Assembly: GCA_001687465.1 (NCBI GenBank)
Contig: LVLI01000873.1
Span: 1 to 62,646, forward strand
DNA from: Halocafeteria seosinensis
Lineage: Eukaryota
Length of the DNA stretch: 62,646 bases
Direction: 5' to 3'
Shown: in pieces, positions 38,801 through 49,081 of the stretch
Layout of the letters: every line of letters begins with the position of its first letter
Numbering within the stretch: the first letter of the stretch is position 1
Notes under the pieces: model-generated
What the model was told of the DNA's origin: nothing
What the model saw: only the letters and a program-made list of their open reading frames with translations
Databases searched by the model: none
Position numbers and translations under genes: made by a program

Positions 38801-39119
38801 TTGGGGCTTAGACAAATCGGAAAAAGAAAACCTGTTACAGTCGTTGATTATTGATTTCGTGCCTCTGTTGAATAAGGATTCACACAGTCTTATTGAACAG
38901 TTTGAAATATTTGTCGAACAGACGGATTCTCTTACGCCGGCAAAGTTCGCGCTTCCCTTGGAACTTCCCCCGCTTCCTTCTACCATACTCTCTAGTCCTT
39001 TTGAGCGTAAGCGCGCAGCCGCCTTGCTAATCATTCACAAAGCAGCTGAAGGATGTAAAGAGTGTGCCAAGGTTTGCTCGAAGCGGAAACTCGTTGAGTC
39101 GTTTGGTTGGTGGAAATAA
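32833..39119 (+). CDS. Large (~2000 aa) helical protein; putative N-terminal F-BAR/FCH and C-terminal Munc13-homology (MHD2/PATROL1-like) region; 3 short exons plus a ~5.3-kb terminal exon
   Basis: N-terminal DGKTYLKNLIHYFQ-HRAQAEINFGTSLLNLS followed by coiled coil resembles FCH/F-BAR. Near the C-terminus HLIFLQARSSLLYNLYRPRPIESRL...CWVRATL resembles MHD2 of PATROL1/unc-13-like proteins. Coding status is secure; the domain calls are by eye. Confidence 0.6.
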
Positions 39120-39393
39120 TTCTGTCCCACCTCCATCCCGAGCGAGCTCTTGTTAGGTTTTATGGTTACTGATAATGTTGTACTACTAGAAATACTACCG
39201 TGATACTGTGAATGCCCCGGGCACCCCGCTAAGTAGTTGTAGTGCCACTTCAGTTTGTCCACTAACTTCCTATAGCTGATAGTATAGCAGTATACGATTG
39301 TTTGTGTTGTTGTTGTTTTTTTGCTTACTTTGTATAAAAGCAAGTAGAAATAGTTTAAGAGGCCTGTCTGTACTAATTTCCCTGCTCTGAACC

Positions 39394-41808
39394 ATGGACT
39401 CTGTCCCCGAAGAGGAGCAGCAGCCTCAGCAGTCTTCTGAAGATACCCAGGATGCCTCCAAGCCCGAGGAGTCCGAGCAAGAGGACCAAGGCGTGGTCGA
39501 AGAGACAGAAGCAGATACTGGAGCTGAACAGAACACAGCAACGAATGGGGGAGAAGAGGCAGCAGCTGCCGCTCCTCCCAAGGAAAAGTCCTTATTTGAG
39601 CGCATGAAAGAGAAAACCAGTGAAGAGCCCTGGAACTTTGATGCCTGGACAAAGTATTTAGCGGAAGCTGAACGATTGGTACGTCCCTCCATCCGTGTCC
39701 TTGGCTACTCATAATGCTGATGATAGTGCGCATGCAGTCCAAACAACAAATAGAGGGTCCTCGGGAAGCATTCAATGCGTTCCTCGCGCAATATCCACTT
39801 TGTTTCGGATACTGGAAGAAGGTAAGCAAGCGTACATCCATGTTTGGGGGTGGATGGTACACACATGATGGCAAGTTATGTTGTGCAGTTTGCTGAAGCT
39901 GAGTGGAGACAGCTCAAGGAAGGCGAGGAGGATGAGCAAGTCAGAGAGCAAGTGAAACAGAATACCCTCGCCGTCTATGAGAGAGGGTGCAAAGCTGTAC
40001 CGTATAGTTCGGTAAGTTCATCAGAGGGTAACCTTGAGCCAAAGTTCGGCCCCGAAAACATAGGTTGATCTTGCAGGAGCATTGGCTAAATTACGCCAAC
40101 TTTTGCAAGAAAGTATTAGAGGACAGAGAGAAGACGAAGTCGATTCTGTATCGTGCTACGTCCATTTTGTATCTAGATCCTCGATGTAAAGCACTGTGGG
40201 AATTCCTCATTGCCGAAGAGAAAGAAGATGGGAACCATACTAGTATCGGCTGCATATACAACAGAGTGTTGAGAATACCGGTTCAGTACGTGGACGCGTT
40301 GCTTAAGGAGTTTAAGGAATGGGCAGCTGCCGAGGAACGCCAGCCGGAAGAAATATGCCCCGACGATAGCGACACGGTGACGGAAGCGAAAGCAGCCATC
40401 GACGCGGATGAAAATTACACAGAAAAGTCTGATGAAGAAAAAGCCGCGGCAGTGAAAGAAAAACTGATTCATCAATTGCAGGAAGCGGCACAGCAATCTA
40501 TTGCATCATCAGGTAGACGTAAAAGATATGAAGCTGTCATTTCCAAAAGGACATACTATCATGTCAACCCTCTTGACGAAGCTGTGCTTGGGGCTTGGCA
40601 CGATTATTTGGATGCTGAAGAATCTGAAGGAAAAGACGTAAGTGTGCCGTTTTTGCGCTTCATTAGGAATGGTCCCTTGAGTAAGCACGATTCTCGCTCT
40701 CATTTGTGTATTACAGGAGCATATCCGGGCTCTTTATGAAAGGTGTCTTGTCGCGACGGCAAACTATGGACAGTTTTGGGTGAGATACGCAAAATGGCTG
40801 CGCAATAGGAGTGGAATGGGAGAAGCGCTGGATGTACTCAAGCGGGCAACGGGGACGTTTGTACCTAAGAGACCGGAAGTTCTACTACTTCTCGCGATGA
40901 TATACGAAGAATTGAACCAAATTGAAGAAGCCCGGGCAACCTATGAAAAGCTGGAAGACATTACGGGCAGATTGCTTGTTGAAGTCACTGAGGCCCACGC
41001 TAGTTTTGAGCGGCGTCATGGAAACGAACAGGGAGCCCGCGATGTTTTTAAGGAAGCCATCCGCGAGGCATCGGGTGAAAATCTCGGTAATAAAACGCAG
41101 AGTTTTTCTGAAATGAAAACAAGGCTGTTTGCCATGCAATACTTGCTGGTGGCGTTTCCAAGGTTTGTGGCTTACAAGGAGCCCCGTGAAGCCGCGGAGC
41201 TGGCACGGCAGGGCCTATTACGAGACAAGTGCAAGCATGTATCCAGAGAGCTGTGGCAGGTACATCTGACCTCTCTGGAAAGAAGTGGGGCACCTTTTGA
41301 AGAAATATCTGAAGCATATAAGCAAGCGCTGCAACTCTATCCGAAAAAGTCTCCCCCCAAGGAGAATGAGGACGCTGAGGAAGATTCTAATGTGACTGGT
41401 GATCAGCAACAAGCTGAGGGAGGTTCCGTAGACGAAGCAGAGGAAGAGTCAACCCTTCAGAATGCAGCGGAAAAGCTTTACGGTAAAGACCGAGCTGCGT
41501 TGTGGCTAAGATATTTAGACTATTGCAGGGTTTCGGCCCCTGCAGTATCCGATGTACTGAAGGTTGAAGAACAGTTCGAACACTACAAAACGAAGTGCGA
41601 CGGCCAAGCTGAGATCGATGCTCTCATGTCTAGTTCTAGTAGCGCACCACCTGCTGGTGGTGGGAACACTGGTGGTATATTACCACCCTCATCGTCTGGG
41701 GGTCAACGGGGTGGTGGTCCTGCTAATAAGAGGCCTCCATCTGATGGCGCTTCCAATGGTGGCGGTGGTGGTGGTGGTTACGGACGACCCAACAAGCGTC
41801 GCAGATAG
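39394..41808 (+). CDS. PRPF39: Pre-mRNA-processing factor 39 (HAT repeats, multi-exon)
   Basis: PWNFDAW, FLAQYPLCFGYWKK-FAEAE, VYERG, YNRVLRIP, KRTYYHVNPLD...WHDYLD and LYERCLV. Gly-rich tail ends in a basic NLS-like PNKRRR. Confidence 0.93.
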
Positions 41809-42192
41809 AGTCGATCCGAAGAATAAAACTTATGAGAAAGCTACTATTTCCTAGTTATCCTCCACTTGCTGCTGCGGTAGCGTTAACTTCCCGTCCCGCT
41901 GTCGTGACACGTTGTCCCCACCGAACATTCTTTCCTTCTACCATGGAAGTTTGGCGTCGAATATCGTGAAGTCCCAGCGTAATGTGTGTTGATTTCGGTA
42001 TGAAGAATCTTTGCGTCTACAAGTGCATCAGTAATACAGCTGATTGAACTTATCGCCGTCGCCGTCGTTTCTTGTGTCAAAACGGTGTTATTCTGCTCTA
42101 GAAAACAAGGGAATTCCTTGGTTCTCCTACCCCTTTTTCTCCTCTTTCTGTCCTGTGTGTAGACTTTCCATCCGCGGTATCTCTTTCTAACG

Positions 42193-45021
42193 ATGACGGG
42201 GCAAAATAGAAATCTGGAAAACAACGGGAAAACCACGCAGAAAGAGGCAAAAGGGCCATCGAAAGGCAGAAAATCTTCCAGCGACACCGCCGGGTTGGCC
42301 CAAGCTTCAACTTCGACAGTGCTGAGCGAAGCGCGGGAGAAGAAGCAGAAGGGCAACGACCACTACAAGGCTCAGGAATTTGATGAAGCAATAAAAGCGT
42401 ATAGCCAATCCATGGATTCCTACAGCAAATACCACCAGCAACGAAAGGAAAGTACTTCGCGCAACGGGCACCGTATGACGCACGGGACGAATCAAGTCGA
42501 TGCAGATGAAGCCGAAGCGTTGCGGCCTCGCTTCAATCGAGGATTAGCGTTTTATCAGCAGGGGCGCCATCAAGAAGCGTTGGACGATTTTACTTCCGTT
42601 TTGGACTCTGATCCTTCCTACGGGAAGTGTAGAATGCGACGAGGAGACGTCTACAGCGGAATGGAGAAGTACGAGTTGGCATTGAAAGACTATCAGAAAG
42701 CTAGACGTCTCGTCCCAAACGGCGAGGATGATAGCGGCCTAGTAAAACGCATTGAGCGGATGAAATTCTTGGTATCGGAGAACTCAAAAAAGACTGCTCC
42801 TGCTGAAGTAAAGGACGCCGACACTTTTCAGGAGATGTTAAGGAGGTCGAAGGATAACCCGGAAATCTTGCAGCACGTTGCCCAGGCCCTTGTAACTTTG
42901 TTGTCTCAGTATGATCAGCGGGGTGGAATTATCATTGGCGAGACGTACTTCTTGGTGGACTTAGAGTGGTGGAAAGCGTTTGCTGCTGCGTTCCGATTAG
43001 AAGGGCACCCCCACGACCCAAACGTTGAGCCTTTTAGTCTCGAGGCACTCCCATCTCTTAAAAATAAGCGCCTTCTGTCGAATGCCGTGCGTGTAAAACG
43101 TGTATTTTATGCATGCGCCGCTGAGATAGCGGAAGTTCCAATTCTGGAAAGCGACAGTACAAAAAATTCTCCCCAAAACGAAGACAAGCAACATTCGTGT
43201 GCGGTCTTAGTACCGGAGGAAGCATGGAATCTTGTAAAAGAACTCGATGAGTTCCTAGTCTGTGAAAGAGGGGAGGAGGATGGAGCTGTAGCGATAAAGC
43301 GCACCGTTGTTTCGAAGGATGGCCGCCCGCATGTAGACGTACTAGGTTCAGCTGAAATCATGGAAGCTAAGAGTCCCGCCCCAGCGAACGACGGAAATTC
43401 GTATGTTTCTCGGAAGGAGTGTCACGTTTGTGGGTACCCTCTTAGTAGCTGCTGCTCACGATGCCATCAAACCCGCTACTGTAGTCGGCAATGCCAGGAG
43501 GCTCACTGGCCGTTCCACAAACAGAAGTGCATTGCAGGAGGGACGGAGCAACCAGGGCCATTTACTGCTGAGCGGATCACGGAGACGAACATGGTTGGCC
43601 TCCACAATCTGGGGAACACCTGTTATCTTTCTTCAGGACTCCAGTGCCTAAAGGCTGTATTCCCTTTGACAAGCTATTTTTTAAGTGGTACTTTTCAGAA
43701 GGACTTGAACACTTCAAATCCACTATCTACGGGTGGCCAGGTGACACTGGCATACGTAAAGCTGTTGCGAAGTATGTTTATGGATCCCAGCTCAGGAAAA
43801 GCCGTGGCTCCTATCCAACTAAAAGAAACAGTGGGCAAACACCGCCCTGCCCTCAGCAACTTTCTCCAGCAGGACGCTTCGGAAGCGCTGGCATTTTTGT
43901 TAGATGCTTTGCACGAAGACTGCAACAGAATAAAAAATAAACCGTACGTTGAAGAACCGGACTATATTGATGACCCACGGACGTTGCTAGCTCAAGCCTT
44001 TCAGCTGGGATACGGAAAAAACCAAGATAGAAGCAGTGAGGGTCGGATGAAAACTTCTATGGATGAAGCGCTGGCTCCGGTGAATTGGAAGCTACTGCAC
44101 TGTCGGAAAATCGAGTTCGACGTTCCCCGTGCAAGGGAAGCGTGGGAACGATGGAAACGTCGCAATGACAGTTTGGTCTCGGAGACTGTAGTTGGTCAGC
44201 TTCGCAGTACTGTCACCTGCCCGCCACAGCCTGCCGGCTGTGGCCGCATATCCACTGTGTTTGACCCCTTCACTGTCCTGTCGTTGGAAATCCCATCTCC
44301 CCGTCGGGGGAGCGTGACGCTAACGGACTGCTTGGAGCATTTTATGTCGGGCGAACAGCTAGACACAAACAACGAATACTTCTGCACGGCTTGCAAGCGG
44401 CACGTGCAGGCTAATAAGGAACTAACAGTATGGAGATTGCCCAAAATATTAGTGGTGCAGCTGAAACGCTTCTCGCGGGGACATTCCATACTAGCCAGGA
44501 AGCTGTCAACTCTGGTCGAATTTCCATTAACAGGCTTCCAGGTCCCCTCTTTCGATGAATACCAAGACCAACAGCAGTCCGAAAAGAACACAGCCGAAGT
44601 AAATGCTGAAGAGGATAAGAACGAGGCTTCATCCGATAGTGACAGTTCTAGCAGCAGTGGCGATATTTGGGGAAGAGATGCAGTGGATCGCGAAAATTCG
44701 GATGACGTCTTAGAAGATATCAATTTGTGGGCACGCGCGCCTCAAAGGGTATACGACTGTTTTGGGGTCGTCAACCACTTTGGAAACATGATGTTTGGTC
44801 ATTATACCTCTCATATCAACCCCTTTGTAGGACGTTTTGGATATCCGGAAAATGTTCCTGAGGGGAGAGAACGGGCATGGAATTCGTGGCTTGAGTGCGA
44901 TGATTCCCATGTTCGACCTATTCCAACCCATGCTGCTAATGCGGAAGAAGCAGAAAGGCAGGTATCGCGACATGTAGTTACAGATGCTGCGTACATACTC
45001 TTCTATAGGTTGAGAGACTAA
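42193..45021 (+). CDS. Ubiquitin-specific protease (C19) with TPR, DUSP-like and zf-MYND domains; intronless
   Basis: TPRs (KQKGNDHYKAQEFDEAIKAY; NRGLAFYQQG; RRGDVY); DUSP-like YFLVDLEWW...LVPEEAW...IKRTVV; MYND CHVC...CSRC...YCSRQCQEAHW..HKQKC; Cys box GLHNLGNTCY; QQDASE; His box NHFG...GHYT; W..CDD. Confidence 0.92.
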   Translation: MTGQNRNLENNGKTTQKEAKGPSKGRKSSSDTAGLAQASTSTVLSEAREKKQKGNDHYKAQEFDEAIKAYSQSMDSYSKYHQQRKESTSRNGHRMTHGTNQVDADEAEALRPRFNRGLAFYQQGRHQEALDDFTSVLDSDPSYGKCRMRRGDVYSGMEKYELALKDYQKARRLVPNGEDDSGLVKRIERMKFLVSENSKKTAPAEVKDADTFQEMLRRSKDNPEILQHVAQALVTLLSQYDQRGGIIIGETYFLVDLEWWKAFAAAFRLEGHPHDPNVEPFSLEALPSLKNKRLLSNAVRVKRVFYACAAEIAEVPILESDSTKNSPQNEDKQHSCAVLVPEEAWNLVKELDEFLVCERGEEDGAVAIKRTVVSKDGRPHVDVLGSAEIMEAKSPAPANDGNSYVSRKECHVCGYPLSSCCSRCHQTRYCSRQCQEAHWPFHKQKCIAGGTEQPGPFTAERITETNMVGLHNLGNTCYLSSGLQCLKAVFPLTSYFLSGTFQKDLNTSNPLSTGGQVTLAYVKLLRSMFMDPSSGKAVAPIQLKETVGKHRPALSNFLQQDASEALAFLLDALHEDCNRIKNKPYVEEPDYIDDPRTLLAQAFQLGYGKNQDRSSEGRMKTSMDEALAPVNWKLLHCRKIEFDVPRAREAWERWKRRNDSLVSETVVGQLRSTVTCPPQPAGCGRISTVFDPFTVLSLEIPSPRRGSVTLTDCLEHFMSGEQLDTNNEYFCTACKRHVQANKELTVWRLPKILVVQLKRFSRGHSILARKLSTLVEFPLTGFQVPSFDEYQDQQQSEKNTAEVNAEEDKNEASSDSDSSSSSGDIWGRDAVDRENSDDVLEDINLWARAPQRVYDCFGVVNHFGNMMFGHYTSHINPFVGRFGYPENVPEGRERAWNSWLECDDSHVRPIPTHAANAEEAERQVSRHVVTDAAYILFYRLRD

Positions 45022-45169
45022 AGAGGAACCATGAAGAATTTACACGTAACTGTATTGATTCGTGTGTATGTATTGGTGTGTAGCGGAGAGTCATTGGTTA
45101 TCCCAGTACAGAATTCAACCAATCACATATTACATATCCACACTTCCATTGTGTAATTTTTGATCACAC

Positions 45170-46306
45170 TCAGTTGCCTCTACGTCCCCCACGTCCTCGT
45201 CCACTGGTTTTGGATCTGGCAGGAAGAATGTTTATGGGCTTGCCCCGAGCATGCTCAGTCTTACGCTCCAATGCGCTGTCCACCGCAGCGGGATTATCGT
45301 AATGAATGTACAACTTCATATCCTCTTGACTCCCGGTGATATCCTTGATCGTACCAAAAACGCCAAACAGTTCTCTCAGTTCATCCATTTCCAGGGCCGG
45401 CAGGACATCTCCTTTGATGAAAATGCTGGTACTGCCTCCCTTCTTTCCTTGAGCGGCAGCGGCAGCAGACCCCTTCCCTTGTTGTCGCCGCCCATTATTC
45501 TGAGCACCTTGTCGAGGGGCTTGCTGACCTGCAGGCGCAGCTTCCTTCTTTTGCCGTTGTGCTCTAGCCCCTTTTGGAGCAGTGGAGGCAGGCGGCGCGG
45601 CATTCTTTGCGTTAGCACCCACAACTTGGACCCAACTCTTACTACCACTCGGAAGTTCTTCTTCTGGAAACGCACCGTTCTCTTGACCTTCTAAACGCAG
45701 AGCTGCGAGATCGGGAGCTTCTTCAGCTTCAATAGCGTGCGGTTGGCGGGCAGCAGTAACGTCCTCAGTGGGAATGGGCTCATCATACGGAATTTCTGCT
45801 ATTGGCTCCGTCTGTTGGCTTGCTTCATTCACCACAGGTTGAACAATTTCGGTGACATTCACCTCTCTCACGGCAGACGCATCTTCTTTCAGCACGTGGA
45901 ACATATCATTGACAACGACGTATGGTCCTGCGTTAGGAAGCCGTTGGAGAACAACAGTTTGCACCAGACGACGAGTAGCCTTTCCGTAGAATCCTATTAA
46001 TCCCGTTACAGTGACAACTATGCAGCCACCGATCGTCGGTTGGCAGTTTACAGACCCATAGGGAGCGGCCAAGTCAAGACCAAGATCATCATACCGGACG
46101 TTATCAATTTGCTGCTTGATATTTTGAATACCGGACGCTACTCTGGTACGGATCGATTCATCCAATTCGTCGTCAATGTACGTCCGGCAAGCATTTTCCC
46201 CGTAGAATTTGTACAAGGAGTCTTTCTGCTGAGCAAGGTACTCGTAGTACTTTCTGACGAAGGTGCTTCCGACTACGGTGGCGTGTTCCTGTGTTTCCTG
46301 TGACAT
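45170..46306 (-). CDS. G3BP/Bre5-like NTF2 + RRM + RGG protein
   Basis: NTF2 (VGSTFVRKYY...LYKFY...VTVTG...QTVVL...NDMF), KSWVQVV motif, divergent RRM (SIFIK...LFGVFGTI) and RGRGGRRG tail. Confidence 0.85.
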   Translation of the reverse strand: MSQETQEHATVVGSTFVRKYYEYLAQQKDSLYKFYGENACRTYIDDELDESIRTRVASGIQNIKQQIDNVRYDDLGLDLAAPYGSVNCQPTIGGCIVVTVTGLIGFYGKATRRLVQTVVLQRLPNAGPYVVVNDMFHVLKEDASAVREVNVTEIVQPVVNEASQQTEPIAEIPYDEPIPTEDVTAARQPHAIEAEEAPDLAALRLEGQENGAFPEEELPSGSKSWVQVVGANAKNAAPPASTAPKGARAQRQKKEAAPAGQQAPRQGAQNNGRRQQGKGSAAAAAQGKKGGSTSIFIKGDVLPALEMDELRELFGVFGTIKDITGSQEDMKLYIHYDNPAAVDSALERKTEHARGKPINILPARSKTSGRGRGGRRGN

Positions 46307-47359
46307 CTCTTCTTGACAGCGTATCCTATCGTTGTGCCAGTCTAAACGATAACTCTGATCATATGAAACAACGGGTTGGACACCAGGACTTCCAAACTAC
46401 CTCGTCACGGACCGAGTAGTTTCCCTGAACACTTCCTGTACATCATAAGTACACATGTAAGACAGTAGAATGATGAACGCAACATATGGCTCGAAAAACA
46501 CTAAGATAACCATACAAGACCACACAAAGACACCCACTTCCGGCACCAGAGGTCTATATCTTCTTTGTATGCGTCATTCCCACCCCGCTCGCATTGGAAA
46601 TGCCACCATGACACCATGAATTAAGTCCCCAAGGGATCGAAATGTGAGTGTATACACGAATGGACGCGATATACAACCTTTATGGAAAAAAGAACAAAAG
46701 TTTACGCCCCTCATTCTGGCTCAGGGGCGCTGTTTGCTGCCATTTCTCGTCCTTTATGGCACCTCCACCCCACACCATCTTGTTATAAAGAGTCAAAAGT
46801 ATCATTTTGGAATTCTAACCCAGGTCATCTATGAGCAACACATGTGCAAAATGCCCCCAAAGACGGTGTCTGGTCCCTCTTTTCCCCAAGTCTCGTGGGT
46901 GGACAATGTGTTCAATGGGGCTTCTTACCTTGATAAATTGCAAGGATGAGTTCCCAGCGAGCTAGGTCAACAGATGGAGCGACTGTCTGTGTGCATACAA
47001 TACACCACGGAAGCAACCTAGTCTATGTTATGGTCCTTTCCTTTTTTTCCATTTGAGCCAAGTGGCAGAAATGATTGACACGTTGAAGTTATGGCATCGC
47101 ATCGAGCTGCAGCTTCGAGCTTTACATGTGCAGAGTTCCATTGTGTGTTCATGTGTCAAAATTTTTTGAGAATCATAAATCTCTGGATTCTCCCATACTG
47201 CATGATGTACCTGTACGCGAAGCGATCCTCTGAACTGAGTGCAATTGACCGCCGCAGTCGTAAATCGGAAAATTCCGGAAGACGAGTTGTTGGTAGTACA
47301 ATTGTACAAGTTGGTAGTAGTTGGAGATAGAGAATGCTCTAGCTGTGGATAGAGACAGG

Positions 47360-49081
47360 ATGCTCGCTTCAACTTCCGCCTCCAAGAATCCATATCAACC
47401 ATCTTCGGAGGTGTACGATGGAACCAGTATCAACGGCAGCATTACGTCTGTTCACGAGTATGAAGATGGGTCAGTTTCCAACCACTCGCTCCGCAGCAAT
47501 GAGGATACTTCGCCTAACAAACACATGGATGAACGCGTAGTTTCAATTGGTGCGGATGATGTTGATTTGTCCGTGACAAACGATATAGAGGTGGTCCGTA
47601 GCGGATGCTTTACGCCAACGGATGCCTATGAACCGTCACCAGAGTTGTGGAGCTGGCATGAGGTAGCTAAAGAAAACCATATTTTGAAGACTGAACAAGA
47701 TTACTTCAAGGAAGGTGTATCGTTGCAGAGAGAAGGGAAGCACGATCATGCTATAGACTGTTTTGAAGAAGCACTGAAGCTCGATATGCTCTTTGCAGGA
47801 GCATACCTAGCGAAGGGAGTGTCTTTTCTGTTTAGGGACTCCGTGCACGACGAAGTGAAGACAGACGCATGCCGACAGTATGAGCGACCTCAAGTCCTTG
47901 TCACGACATGGATAACTGGATGCGGAGAACGCTCAGGAAGAGCTGCCCGCAGCTCCTTTGAATCGTTTATTATGATACGCCCCACTTGGCCAAGTGGCTA
48001 TTTCGCCGCAGGAGTGGCGTGTATAGACTGTCGAGAGTATACTACCGCTTTTGAACTGTTGCAGACAGCAAAAATCTTTGGCTACCCCGAAGCTGCCATC
48101 CGTGCGCATGAATTTCGAATTCAATGTCGCCGAATCATAGATACTTTGCTATGCCGTGGAGATACTGATGCAGCAAAGATAAAAGACAACCCGGAAGTCG
48201 TATTGGCAAACTTAGATAAGGAATTGGAATGTTGCGGGATACATGACAAAATGCTCCTTTGGTACGACAAAGCGTGTCTGCTCACTCTCAGGAATCGTAG
48301 CCAGGAAGCCTTGCAGGTGTTTGCCAAAGTGAGAGACTTGGGGAAGCCGAATTTTCGAGGGATAACCCAGCGACTTCAGACACTTGTGCATGCGCTATCA
48401 GGTCACATCTCTACTTCGTTAGGAGATATAGGAGGCGGGGTCGTGCGGGGACGTGCACAAGAGGAAGATACAGCTAACTCGGTGTCACCTAGCCTTTCAA
48501 GCACATATGATCGTGATCGACATACAAATGAGAACAAGTTCGTATCACCAATGGTAGAAGAACCGAGCGAAGATACAGATGACGCGGAAGAAGATGATGA
48601 CGAGATTGAGAAAGGAGGTGATACCACCCAACAACAACAACAGCAGGACGAACACTCGTCCTCGTCAGGTGCAATTGCCCATGTGAAGCAAACGACAAAG
48701 ACGGCTAAGAAGAGAGGAAGAAGGCAAAGGGTTTTGAGTTACACCGAAGCACAATTAACTCAACTCGAACATTCTCGCTTTAACTTTGAAGACACCTTGA
48801 TTCCCATCGATACCGCGACGGCCAAAATAGGAAAACTTATCAGGGACCTCGGAAAACGAAGAAACAGCCCTATCTACGAGCGTAATCCCAGTTGCATTGT
48901 CCGGAAGCTCTGCATTAGAGGACCTGTAGTGTCCATCCGAGACGAACTCCTAGACATTGACCGTGCGAACTACCCATTTGTATCTGGACAAACGATCCTA
49001 TCGTTCTTCCAGTGTGACGATCTCTGCCGCGTTCCTCGCGAAAAAATTATTGGATATTTTTGGCAATATTTGCAGACTTGA
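47360..49081 (+). CDS. TPR-containing protein of unknown function; intronless
   Basis: Long ORF with TPR-like helices (YFKEGVSLQREGKHDHAIDCFEEALKLD; GYFAAGVA; WYDKACLL...QEALQVF). First in-frame ATG is at 47360. Confidence 0.7.
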   Translation: MLASTSASKNPYQPSSEVYDGTSINGSITSVHEYEDGSVSNHSLRSNEDTSPNKHMDERVVSIGADDVDLSVTNDIEVVRSGCFTPTDAYEPSPELWSWHEVAKENHILKTEQDYFKEGVSLQREGKHDHAIDCFEEALKLDMLFAGAYLAKGVSFLFRDSVHDEVKTDACRQYERPQVLVTTWITGCGERSGRAARSSFESFIMIRPTWPSGYFAAGVACIDCREYTTAFELLQTAKIFGYPEAAIRAHEFRIQCRRIIDTLLCRGDTDAAKIKDNPEVVLANLDKELECCGIHDKMLLWYDKACLLTLRNRSQEALQVFAKVRDLGKPNFRGITQRLQTLVHALSGHISTSLGDIGGGVVRGRAQEEDTANSVSPSLSSTYDRDRHTNENKFVSPMVEEPSEDTDDAEEDDDEIEKGGDTTQQQQQQDEHSSSSGAIAHVKQTTKTAKKRGRRQRVLSYTEAQLTQLEHSRFNFEDTLIPIDTATAKIGKLIRDLGKRRNSPIYERNPSCIVRKLCIRGPVVSIRDELLDIDRANYPFVSGQTILSFFQCDDLCRVPREKIIGYFWQYLQT

